Of a stretch of 64,000 bases of DNA, positions 9,437-18,560 are shown one piece after another. The notes under the pieces are model-generated. The model worked only from the letters and a program-made list of their open reading frames with translations. It was not told the origin of the DNA and did not search any database. Both the position numbers and the translations under genes were made by a program. The stretch's first letter is position 1; the number at the start of each line of letters is the position of its first letter. The stretch is from Lentisphaeria bacterium (GTDB lineage Bacteria > Verrucomicrobiota > Lentisphaeria > JABSQK01 > JAWLHB01). Location: contig JAWLHB010000010.1 in the NCBI GenBank assembly GCA_041690595.1, forward strand, positions 62,001 to 126,000, read 5' to 3'.

Positions 9437-10743
9437 GGATCGTCCAGATTACCGCCGGCACCGGCAGCTACCATTGCGATACCTGCCTTCGGGATCATGC
9501 GATGGTCCGCGCGCTGCGCTCCCTGGGGCATGATGTCATGCTTGTCCCCCTCTACCTGCCGCTGGTTCCCGAAATGCCGGAGGAACAGGATACGCCTCTC
9601 TTCCTGGGCGGCATCAATGCCTACCTGCAGCAGAAAGTGCCGCTCTTCCGCCATACGCCAGGCTGGCTGGACAAGCTGTTCGATGCGCAGTGGCTACTCA
9701 AAACCGCGGCTGGCTTCAGCGACATGACGCAGCCCCGCGATCTGGGCGAGATGACCATCTCCACGATCAAGGGCTTCGATGGAAACCAGCGCAAGGAAAT
9801 GCATAAGCTGATCGACTGGCTGAAGCTCCAGCCTCCGGCCGACCTCTACTGCCTCTCCAACGCTCTGCTCATGGGGTTCGCCAAGCCATTGCGGGAAGCC
9901 TTCAATACGCCGATTCTCTGCACACTCCAGGGGGCAGACTACTTCATCGACAACCTGCCGGCCCCGTATCGTTCACGCTGCTGGGAGCTGCTGCGCGATC
10001 TGGTTCCGTACGCTACCGGCTTTGTTGCGGTCAGCGAATTCTATGCCGGAGTCATGAGCGAACGCATGGCGATTCCATCCGAGAAACTGCACGTCATCCG
10101 CAATGGCATTGACATTGCCGATTTTGCCGGCTATGAGCCCCAGCCGGAGATGGCGACCATCGGCTACTTCAGCCAGATGACCCCGGTCAAGGGGCTGGCA
10201 GAGCTGATCGATGCCTTTCTCGTGCTTCGCCGTCGCAACTCGATCCCCGATCTTCGCCTGCGCATCGGCGGGAGCATCGTACCCGCCTGGCGTCGGTTCG
10301 TACATGAACAGGAATCGAAACTGGCGGCGGCCGGCGCCGCGGATTGCTGCACCTTCGAGGAGATTCTGGATCGGCCACGCAAGCTGAGCTTTCTTTCGCG
10401 GTGCACAGTCTTCTCCGTCCCGACTCAGTTTGCCGAACCATTCGGCATCTATGCGATCGAGGCCATGGCCATGGGAATCCCCGTCGCCGAGCCTCACCGT
10501 GGCGCCTTTCCTGAATTGATCGAACTGACCGGCTGCGGCGAGTGCTACGACCCGGCTTCCCCTCATGGCCTTGCCGATACACTCGAACGGCTGCTCGCGG
10601 ATCCCGACCGGCGGCGCGTGATGTCCGCCAAAGGTCGCGCGGAAGTCCAGCGTCGTTTCAGCGCCATGCGCATGGCGACCGATCTCCTGGCAATCGATCT
10701 GCATGCCCACGGGCAACGGCCTACAACCGTATCCCAAGGGTGA
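9433..10743 (+). CDS. Glycosyltransferase family 4
   Basis: IRNGID, KGLAELIDAF, EPFGIYAIEAMAMGIPV; N-terminal YHCDTCLRD (CxxC). Confidence 0.9.
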   Translation: MRIVQITAGTGSYHCDTCLRDHAMVRALRSLGHDVMLVPLYLPLVPEMPEEQDTPLFLGGINAYLQQKVPLFRHTPGWLDKLFDAQWLLKTAAGFSDMTQPRDLGEMTISTIKGFDGNQRKEMHKLIDWLKLQPPADLYCLSNALLMGFAKPLREAFNTPILCTLQGADYFIDNLPAPYRSRCWELLRDLVPYATGFVAVSEFYAGVMSERMAIPSEKLHVIRNGIDIADFAGYEPQPEMATIGYFSQMTPVKGLAELIDAFLVLRRRNSIPDLRLRIGGSIVPAWRRFVHEQESKLAAAGAADCCTFEEILDRPRKLSFLSRCTVFSVPTQFAEPFGIYAIEAMAMGIPVAEPHRGAFPELIELTGCGECYDPASPHGLADTLERLLADPDRRRVMSAKGRAEVQRRFSAMRMATDLLAIDLHAHGQRPTTVSQG

Positions 10744-12823
10744 GGCCAAAGGTCCGCGGCTCCCCGTTGTAGCCCGCCCATCCGGACGAGGTCGAGGCGG
10801 GAATGGCGATCGGTACGTAATCCTCATCGCCGAGATTGCGGATCCATGCCTCGAGCGACCAGCGGCCACGGCGCAAACCGGCTCGCAGGTTGACCATGGT
10901 GACGGCATCCTGCCCCTCGGTATTGGCGCTGTCGTACTCGATGTCCCCAAAGCCCACCAACTCGGCGCGGGAAAACCACGACAACTGCTCGTTAAAGTTG
11001 GCGCCAACCTGCAGACCGGTGTGCCAGGTATACCGCGGCGCATACGGCAGTTCGTGGCCCGCGAGATCAGCGCCGGTATTGGGATCGGTGTAGTCCGTGA
11101 ACTCCGCGGCGGCAAAACCGATGCCACCAAACCATTGCAGCCACGGCAGCAGGTTGGCTATCGCCTCGGCCTCGATACCCTGGCTGCGGGCATCGGCGGC
11201 GTTGTCGAGAAAGTACGAACCGGCGGGGAGCCCCTGAATCGGCACGTCTACCTGCATGTCCTGCCAGTCGATACGGAAAAGCGCCAGATTGAGCATCAGG
11301 CGATCGTCAAACCAGCGACTCTTCATACCCAACTCATAGGTCCAGCTGCTTTCTTCATCATAAGTGCGGTCGCCCATCGGCATCGTGTTGAAATTGTAGC
11401 CCCCGGCACGGTATCCCCGGCTGACGGAAGCATAGGTCATCAGGCGCTCCGTCCATTTGTAGCTTACACTTGCCCGAGGCAGGAGTTGCCGGTACTCTTC
11501 ATCGACCGTTCCGCTGATTTCCGGCATTCCAGGAAAGCCCAGGCGGTAGTCGGCTTCCCGCCGTTCATACTCATAACGCAGCCCCAGCGTCAGATCCCAA
11601 TGATTGCAGATGTTGAGAGTGCCTTGGGCAAAGGGAGCTACGCCCCAGTCCTGCAGGCGGTAGTCAGCGGTAACAAAGAGAGGTACCGGCGCTGGATTGA
11701 AAGGGGAGCCGGGGCGAAGCTCGTTGCTGCTGTAGTGATCCTGATCCCCGTAGAAGAAGGCCAGGCCGGCCATCCAGCTGAGGCTTGTCACCGAGCCCAG
11801 CTCGATGGGCGCATCGACGGCAGACTGCAGGCGGAACTCCTGGAAAGCCGCATGCTGCTTCTCCCGAGTGGTGCGCCGCATCCAGTCATTGGCGCTGAAA
11901 TCCAGATCCGTGCGGGCCGATGTCTCCCAATACTCGTAGGCAGACGTCGAAATGAAGTCGATATCGCTGCCATAGACGCGCACAATGGCGGAGGGCATCA
12001 CCACATCCCGCTCGACCATGCCTTCATAGTCATGGTTCACCTGCCAGGGATTGCGGCGAAGACTCTCCAGGTCATAAAGTGCGAAGCCACCTTCCCGGTC
12101 CCGCTCTCCGAAGAGCGACAGGGCGATCTCGATCGGCCCAACCGGATTGAGCAGAAGCTGAGCACGACCGGCGGCGCTTTCGCGCCCATCCAGATCCTTG
12201 CCGGTGAGCAGGTTGTCTGTATAACCGTCTCGCCCCATCCAGCTTCCCGCCAGACTGTAGGCGGTGGTGTCGTCGAGCGGGCCCGCCATGCGCAACCTGT
12301 AGCGCTGCTCGTCATCACTGCCAAGGGTGACGGAGCTGTCGAGTTCGAACTCCGTGGGAGGCCGACGCGTATGAAGAGTGATGGCGCCGCCGAGGGTGTT
12401 TCGGCCGTAGAGTGGCCCCTGGGGACCGCGCAACACCTCGATGCGCTCGATGTCGAGCAACTCGAGATCGACCGTGTTGCTGGTCAGTTGGGGAACGCCG
12501 TCAAGAAAAACCGTGGCGACAGGAGCGCCCTGCCCCGCCGCTAGGCCGCGTACGAAGGGAAAGCGGGTATGGCGAGGGCCGAAGCCGCCGATGAAGAGGT
12601 TGGGAACGTACCACGACGCGTCATTCAGATCCCGGATGCCTGCATTCTCGATCTCTCGGCTGTCGAGTGGTGTGATACTCAGGGCAACGTCCATCAGATC
12701 CTCGGCCCGCTTTTCGGCGACGACAGTGATGTCATCCAGCCGCAAGGCACTGAAATCCGCCTCATTTCCCCATAACCCACTCATCACCCCAAACAGAGTT
12801 GCCGCAAAAAGCCAGAATCGCAT
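10721..12823 (-). CDS. TonB-dependent receptor
   Basis: Signal peptide, TonB-box-like DDITVVAEKR, plug signature IERIEVLRGPQGPLYGRNTLGGAI, C-terminal NLGDEDY...PRTFGLTLGIRL. ATG at 12823 follows GGAG. Confidence 0.93.
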   Translation of the reverse strand: MRFWLFAATLFGVMSGLWGNEADFSALRLDDITVVAEKRAEDLMDVALSITPLDSREIENAGIRDLNDASWYVPNLFIGGFGPRHTRFPFVRGLAAGQGAPVATVFLDGVPQLTSNTVDLELLDIERIEVLRGPQGPLYGRNTLGGAITLHTRRPPTEFELDSSVTLGSDDEQRYRLRMAGPLDDTTAYSLAGSWMGRDGYTDNLLTGKDLDGRESAAGRAQLLLNPVGPIEIALSLFGERDREGGFALYDLESLRRNPWQVNHDYEGMVERDVVMPSAIVRVYGSDIDFISTSAYEYWETSARTDLDFSANDWMRRTTREKQHAAFQEFRLQSAVDAPIELGSVTSLSWMAGLAFFYGDQDHYSSNELRPGSPFNPAPVPLFVTADYRLQDWGVAPFAQGTLNICNHWDLTLGLRYEYERREADYRLGFPGMPEISGTVDEEYRQLLPRASVSYKWTERLMTYASVSRGYRAGGYNFNTMPMGDRTYDEESSWTYELGMKSRWFDDRLMLNLALFRIDWQDMQVDVPIQGLPAGSYFLDNAADARSQGIEAEAIANLLPWLQWFGGIGFAAAEFTDYTDPNTGADLAGHELPYAPRYTWHTGLQVGANFNEQLSWFSRAELVGFGDIEYDSANTEGQDAVTMVNLRAGLRRGRWSLEAWIRNLGDEDYVPIAIPASTSSGWAGYNGEPRTFGLTLGIRL

Positions 12824-12919
12824 CGTCTCCCCTCCGGTTGTCGCTGTACACATGCGTAAAATTCTTGTACTATAGTCGAGTGGCAACTATTGTCGAGCCC
12901 GCAACAAGAGGAGAGAGAG

Positions 12920-13372
12920 ATGGCGTATGAGTTCTGTTTCCGGCGACGCATCGAGTTCCCCGATACCGATATGGCAGGCGTAGTCTATTTCACCAACTAT
13001 CTCAAATACATGGAAGCTGCTGAGCATGCATTCTTTCAGTCGCTGGGCGTATCCGTCTTTGGCGACGTGGACGGCAAGCGGTATGGCTGGCCGCGGGTCC
13101 ATGTAGCCTGCAGGTACCTGGCGCCGCTGCGTTTCGAGGACGAGGCAAGGATTCGGGTTCTGGTTCGCACCCGCAAAACGCGTTCGCTGGAGCTGGTCTA
13201 CCTGGTGTATCGTGAAGAAGAGATCCTATGCGCTGTTGGGCGCATGGTCATTGTCTGTGTGGCCTTTGATCCGAAAAGCGGCGACATGCGCGCCTGTGCC
13301 ATTCCCGCCGCCATGGGCGCAGGTCTGGAAGCTGCCCCCGCTAGCGCATTTGCAGAGATTGAAATACCTTAG
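12920..13372 (+). CDS. Acyl-CoA thioesterase (hotdog, 4HBT/YbgC-like)
   Basis: DTDMAGVVYFTNYLKYMEAAE, CRYLAPLRFED. Confidence 0.88.
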   Translation: MAYEFCFRRRIEFPDTDMAGVVYFTNYLKYMEAAEHAFFQSLGVSVFGDVDGKRYGWPRVHVACRYLAPLRFEDEARIRVLVRTRKTRSLELVYLVYREEEILCAVGRMVIVCVAFDPKSGDMRACAIPAAMGAGLEAAPASAFAEIEIP

Positions 13373-13396
13373 CCTTACCACGAAAAAGGATTGGAC

Positions 13397-14020
13397 ATGA
13401 GCTACGAATCGCCGATCGCGAGCCGCTTGACGGCGGAACTCGGGACAACGGCCGCCGGTCACTTTGCGCAAGCTCTCGATGAGCGCAGCCAACCTCCGGC
13501 GCTGGTGCCTCAACATGAGGCGCCCTGGCGTATCGACTTGGCGCAGCAGATCTCATCCATGACCCCGGAACAGCTATGTGGCGGATCCGTCAAGGATCTT
13601 GAGGGTGGGAAGGCGGTCAAGAGCGGCCTCCTCCTCTGGAACGACGATCTGGACAGTTCGCATACCATCAGCCAAAGCCTGCAGGGTCCGACCGGGAGCT
13701 ACTGGCATGGCATCATGCACCGCCGCGAGCCCGATTACAGCAACGCCAAGTACTGGTTTCACCAGTTCGGCGAGCACCCCATCTTTCCGGAGTTGAAAGA
13801 AGCAGCGGTGGCTGTGGCCGGCCATCTGGAATTGGAGGAGTGGCAGATCAAGATCGAGAGCAGCTATGAATGGAACGCCATCCAGTTTATCGACTGGTGT
13901 CAGGATGCCGGTGGCGGCAGACTCACTGCGGTGCAGCTGCAGTTCCTGCGTCTTACCCAGCTCGAAGAGATCCGCCTCCTTCTCATCCATTCCTACCGTC
14001 AGGCTCAACGACGCCGTTGA
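13397..14020 (+). CDS. Conserved hypothetical protein (YWHGIMHRREPDYSNAKYW motif)
   Basis: Good RBS and natural composition; the motif SHTISQ...YWHGIMHRREPDYSNAKYWF looks like a conserved family of unknown function. Confidence 0.75.
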   Translation: MSYESPIASRLTAELGTTAAGHFAQALDERSQPPALVPQHEAPWRIDLAQQISSMTPEQLCGGSVKDLEGGKAVKSGLLLWNDDLDSSHTISQSLQGPTGSYWHGIMHRREPDYSNAKYWFHQFGEHPIFPELKEAAVAVAGHLELEEWQIKIESSYEWNAIQFIDWCQDAGGGRLTAVQLQFLRLTQLEEIRLLLIHSYRQAQRRR

Positions 14021-14039
14021 AGCATGTCGTCTCCACGGC

Positions 14040-15431
14040 TCAGCGGGGCCAGTCCACCAAGGCTCCCGCGTCCTGCAGGCTATGACGGAGTGCGGCGGTA
14101 TCCACTTGCTTGAAGCTGGTTCCGCCTTCGGCGACACAAGCAGCGGCCAGACCAGCGGCCTGCCCCATGGCATAGCACGGCGCCTGCACCCGTAGAATGC
14201 CGAGGACATCGCGCTCGACACTGACTGCGCGGCCAGGGCAGATAAGGTTCGAAATGGGCCGTGGCAGCATGATCCGGTAAGGGATCGGTGTATAGCTGTG
14301 GCGCCGGATCACCTTGCGCTCCACCATCGGCTGGCTGTCGGCATGTACGGGATCGGGCAGATCCCAGCCATAAGCAGAGAAGCCGACAGTGTCCTCGAAC
14401 TCGCGTCCCTTCACCAGATCGTCGACCGAATAGATGTAGTCCGCTACAATGCGGCGCGATTCCCGCACTCCCAGCATTGGCGCGACCGACCGCAAACGAG
14501 CCTCCTGAAAGCCAGGGAAATGAGTCTGCATGACCGCGAACAAACGCTGCACATCTCGCCTTCCCTCCATCATGGCGCGCGAGACCGATCGTCCGTCCGT
14601 GGCATCCACATCGATCAGCCGATTGGCGTTGACCAGCAGTGTCCCCGGGCTGGTCAGTTGTACCATCGAAACCAGTTTGTAATCGAAGGGCCATTTGCCA
14701 TCCGCCTCCAGCCGTGCCACCAGCTCCTGAAGCTGGGGTGAATGCGTTCGATAGATCTCCGACCGTAGCGCGTCCTGCCAGACGTGATCGACATGGAAGA
14801 GCAACGTGGCGGGAGTCGTCCGGTTGTCCACCGCACGTCCCATCACCACCTCGCAGCCGGTGCCGGCAGCGATATCGGCATCTCCCGTGGCATCGACAAC
14901 CGCCTTCACTCGATAGGCGCCAAGACCGCTCTTGTTGTGAACAATCAGCTCTTCGATCCGCCCCTCCTGCACGTGGGCACTGACGATATGGGTGAAGAAG
15001 AGAACATCCACGCCGGCCTCGAGAATCATGTCATCGAGAAGGGCGGCCATCGCCATGGCATCGAAAGGCACCCCATAGCCCGCGGAGCTGATGAAGCCGG
15101 TGCCACCATACGGATTGTACTTCTCAGCCGTGATCGATTCCGGGTGGACCGCCCCACCCCGCTCGACCAGCCGTTCGACCACTTCCGTAAAAATGCCCTT
15201 CACGGCCCACTGGCTGTTGTTGCTGGTTCGTCCGCCAAGCAAGCGCGAGGCACCGCCACTCGTTCCCGTGCCGCCAAGTTGACCCGCACTCTCGATCAAC
15301 AACACCTTGCGCCCTGCCCTGCCCGCGGCAAGCGCGGCTGCCACACCGGCTGGGCCGCCGCCGCAGACCGCAATGTCATAGGTATCGATAACTGGCACAT
15401 TGGCAGTGAAGGTGAAAGTACCTTGTGTCAT
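14040..15431 (-). CDS. FAD-dependent oxidoreductase (FAD_oxidored-like)
   Basis: DIAVCGGGPAGVAAA, LGGTGTSG, VDATGDAD, GVRESRRI, IPYR, GQAAG. Confidence 0.9.
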   Translation of the reverse strand: MTQGTFTFTANVPVIDTYDIAVCGGGPAGVAAALAAGRAGRKVLLIESAGQLGGTGTSGGASRLLGGRTSNNSQWAVKGIFTEVVERLVERGGAVHPESITAEKYNPYGGTGFISSAGYGVPFDAMAMAALLDDMILEAGVDVLFFTHIVSAHVQEGRIEELIVHNKSGLGAYRVKAVVDATGDADIAAGTGCEVVMGRAVDNRTTPATLLFHVDHVWQDALRSEIYRTHSPQLQELVARLEADGKWPFDYKLVSMVQLTSPGTLLVNANRLIDVDATDGRSVSRAMMEGRRDVQRLFAVMQTHFPGFQEARLRSVAPMLGVRESRRIVADYIYSVDDLVKGREFEDTVGFSAYGWDLPDPVHADSQPMVERKVIRRHSYTPIPYRIMLPRPISNLICPGRAVSVERDVLGILRVQAPCYAMGQAAGLAAACVAEGGTSFKQVDTAALRHSLQDAGALVDWPR

Positions 15432-15458
15432 GATGGCGTCGAGGTTATGGGTTGCGGC

Positions 15459-16532
15459 TCAGTCCAGAATGGCATCGACAGGCAGATACTCCATGAAGAG
15501 CGTCTTGTCCGATGCTTTCATATAGGCTTCCATCGGCGTGATCTCCTCGTTCTCCAGCGCCTTCTTCAAGGTGGCATCCATCAGCATCATCCCTTCTCCA
15601 GCGCTACCCTGAATCAGACTTCGCAACGAGGAAATCTGACCTTCCCGGATGATGTTCGGCAACGATTCGCTGCGCAGAAGCACCTCGTGCACGGCCAGGC
15701 GTCCCTTGCCATCCGCCTTGCGACAGAGCAACTGGGATACCACCGCCGACAAACACTCCGCCAGCATCGTCCGAATCTGAGGCTGCTGATCCGCCGGAAA
15801 AACGTCGATCACCCGGTCAATTGTCTTCGGTGCATTGTTGGTATGCAGCGTACCGAAGACAAGCATCCCCATGGCGGCGCAGTTGAGGGCCAGTTTGATT
15901 GTCTCCAACTCGCGCATCTCGCCCACGAGGATGATGTCCGGATCCGCGCGCATGGCGCCACGCAGCGCCTGACCGAATGACTTGCTGTGTTCGCCCACCT
16001 CGCGATGGACGATGATGGACTTGTTGTTCTGGTGAACGAATTCCACCGGATCCTCGATCGTGACAATATGCTTGACCCGGCTGCGGTTGATGTGGTCGAT
16101 CATCGCGGCCAAGGTGGTAGATTTGCCGCTCCCCGTTGGACCGGTTACAAAGACCAACCCGCTGCGCAAGTCGCAGATACGGCGCAGCACCGGCGGAAGA
16201 TTGAGCTGCTCCATGGTCAGAATCGTCGACGGAATCTGTCGGAAGACCGCACCGATTCCATAGTGGTTGTCCAGGTAATTACAGCGGAAACGAGCCAGTC
16301 CTTCGATCTCGTACGCGAAATCCAGATCACGGTTTGTCATGAATTGCTGCCAGCGATTATCCGGGCAGATTTCACGCAGCAGGCGCGTGATGCTGTCGAT
16401 CGTCAGCTCCGGTCCGTCCAGGTTCTCCAGACGGCCATGAACACGAGCGCGCGGGGGCAACCCCACCGCCAGGTGGAGGTCCGATCCGCCTTTTTCGAGC
16501 ATCATCCGCAGCTGTGAGTCGAGTTTTGCCAT
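15459..16532 (-). CDS. pilT: PilT/PilU-family pilus retraction ATPase
   Basis: GSDLHL, Walker A GPTGSGKST, TIEDPVE, Walker B DIILVGEMR, GTLHT, LPNIIRE. Start overlaps the upstream stop (TGATG). Confidence 0.9.
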   Translation of the reverse strand: MAKLDSQLRMMLEKGGSDLHLAVGLPPRARVHGRLENLDGPELTIDSITRLLREICPDNRWQQFMTNRDLDFAYEIEGLARFRCNYLDNHYGIGAVFRQIPSTILTMEQLNLPPVLRRICDLRSGLVFVTGPTGSGKSTTLAAMIDHINRSRVKHIVTIEDPVEFVHQNNKSIIVHREVGEHSKSFGQALRGAMRADPDIILVGEMRELETIKLALNCAAMGMLVFGTLHTNNAPKTIDRVIDVFPADQQPQIRTMLAECLSAVVSQLLCRKADGKGRLAVHEVLLRSESLPNIIREGQISSLRSLIQGSAGEGMMLMDATLKKALENEEITPMEAYMKASDKTLFMEYLPVDAILD

Positions 16533-18367
16533 CAGCGGAACCATCCTTTCTTGCGCTTGGCGTCATCGCCGTCCAGGCTTCTCTTGTCCGCGCTTGCGGA
16601 GATTTGGTCTTCCATCCCCTTGATGCGGCGAACCAGTTCACTGTCCTTGATGTGCGCCAGTGCCACCTCTGTACTCACCCGCCCTTCGCTGTAATGATTG
16701 AAAATGGCCTGATCCATCGTGCACATTCCCAGCTTGCTGCCGGTCTGCAGCACCGCCTTCAACTGGTACATCTTCCCCTCGCGAATGATGTTGCTGACGG
16801 CAACCGTGCCAATGAGCAGCTCCTCCGCGATGGTCACCCCGCCATCCGTCGACGGGATCAGCTTCTGACAGATGATCCCCCGCAGGCTCTCCGCCGTCAT
16901 GGAACGAATCTGCGCCTGCTGCGAGGGGGGAAAGACATCGAGTATCCGGTTGAGCGTCGTCGCGGCATCACTCGTATGCAGCGTACCGATCACCAGATGG
17001 CCGGTTTCGGCAGCGGTGATTGCCATCTCAATCGTCTCCAGATCGCGCATTTCGCCGATGACAATAATGTCTGGATCTTCACGCAATGCTCCCTTGAGGG
17101 CCGTGGCAAAGGAGCGCGTATGCCGCCCCACCTCGCGCTGCGTCACGTTGCAGCTTGCCGAACGCTGCACGATCTCGATCGGATCCTCCACGCAGATGAC
17201 GTGGTCATAGCGTTTGCGGTTCAGCAGATCCACCAGAGCGGCCAGCGTCGTCGTCTTGCCACTGCTAACGGGGCCGGTCACCAGGATAATCCCGTTGTGG
17301 TGATCCAGCAGCTTCTCGATGATGGCGGGATTCCGGAAGCCCAGTTCTTTCAGCCCGCGTATCTCATTCGGTACCAGGCGGTAGCTGGCGGCGATGCCTG
17401 AACGATGGCGCATCAGGTTCACCCGGAAGCGATTGCGGCTGTCCAGCGACAGAAGATAATCCAGATCCATTTCCGATTCGAACTCTTGGCGCTGCTCGGG
17501 CGACAACAGGGCCAGATTCAGTGCTTCGGCAGCCTCTGGCTCCACGACCTCATCTTCCAGATACTCATTGTTGAGGTTCACCCGTGCGAATGGTCGTGCC
17601 CCGCCGCAAAGATGCAGGTCGCTGGCGCCACGCTCCCGCACCCCGATCAACAGGCGCGCCAGTATCTGACCCGCTTCCGCCGGACTCTTGCCCTTGGCGC
17701 TGTTGGCCGACGGTATCGGCTGTCCGGCAAATCGCCTGATTTCCGCGGTTGCCAGTCGAATTGGCGTTCCTGAGGATGAGGTGTCGACAGCTTCGGCTTC
17801 TGGTTCGGGGGTGGACTCGGGTGCGGCAGCTTTCGCCTGCAGTCTTGGGCGAACGGGCGACGGAGGCTCAATCTCAACCTCGCTCTCCGCCTGCTCGCCC
17901 TCCGCCTCGAGCGCGAGTGCCTTCAATTGAGAGCGGACGGAGGACTTTTCTTCCCGCTTCAGACCGAGCGGACCCGCCGTGGGACGCCGCTTGGGCATAG
18001 GGGCTTCATCTTCCTCTTCGGCAGGAGACACCGCTTGCCGCGGAGCGTCGACGCTGCTGGATGTCATACGCAACCGCAACGGGGGCCGAGTCGGGGTCTC
18101 GTCCGCCGTTACGGGCGCGCCAGCAGGTTTGATAAAAATATCAACCGGCGGATCCCCTCCTTCCTGGCCAGCGGCAAAGGCTTGGTCCACCAGATTCTGA
18201 ATCATCTCGTAGTCTTCCGTCAGGCCGCTGTCCACCACCGCCTGTGCAAAGTCGACAAAGTCTGCTTCACCCTGCAGGCTGCCTGCCACCTCCCGGACCT
18301 GCTCCGGCTCAAGCACGCCTTCCCGCACCAGATAGTAGCCCAACCATTTCAATTCGCTAGATAACAT
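16532..18367 (-). CDS. pilT: PilT-family ATPase with long N-terminal extension (MshEN-like helices plus P/E/A-rich linker)
   Basis: ASDLHL, GPVSSGKTT, EDPIE, ALREDPDIIVIGEMRD, GTLHT, AVSNIIRE. Start chosen at MLSSELKW; the ORF extends to 18466. Confidence 0.85.
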   Translation of the reverse strand: MLSSELKWLGYYLVREGVLEPEQVREVAGSLQGEADFVDFAQAVVDSGLTEDYEMIQNLVDQAFAAGQEGGDPPVDIFIKPAGAPVTADETPTRPPLRLRMTSSSVDAPRQAVSPAEEEDEAPMPKRRPTAGPLGLKREEKSSVRSQLKALALEAEGEQAESEVEIEPPSPVRPRLQAKAAAPESTPEPEAEAVDTSSSGTPIRLATAEIRRFAGQPIPSANSAKGKSPAEAGQILARLLIGVRERGASDLHLCGGARPFARVNLNNEYLEDEVVEPEAAEALNLALLSPEQRQEFESEMDLDYLLSLDSRNRFRVNLMRHRSGIAASYRLVPNEIRGLKELGFRNPAIIEKLLDHHNGIILVTGPVSSGKTTTLAALVDLLNRKRYDHVICVEDPIEIVQRSASCNVTQREVGRHTRSFATALKGALREDPDIIVIGEMRDLETIEMAITAAETGHLVIGTLHTSDAATTLNRILDVFPPSQQAQIRSMTAESLRGIICQKLIPSTDGGVTIAEELLIGTVAVSNIIREGKMYQLKAVLQTGSKLGMCTMDQAIFNHYSEGRVSTEVALAHIKDSELVRRIKGMEDQISASADKRSLDGDDAKRKKGWFR

Positions 18368-18560
18368 AGGCACCTGCAAGCCAGTAGGATCCAATCTCTC
18401 ATGAGTATATAAGGAATTAGAGTAAATCGCCGGTTTTTTCAATCTTGCCCCCAAAATAATCGCCACACAAGCGAATGAAACTTTACTTTTGAGGCGACAT
18501 CGAGTGTAGAGTAGCTTTCCGGAACCACCCCGATGTGAGCTTCACCCTGGAGGAATTGTT

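Noticed and set aside
5829..10743. lplA-pduO-murB-PQQ-GT4 as one dedicated pathway
   Set aside because: The functions are unrelated; this is most likely a mixed housekeeping operon.
10703..12544. 613-aa plus-strand ORF
   Set aside because: Antisense to the TonB-dependent receptor, with no recognisable domain.
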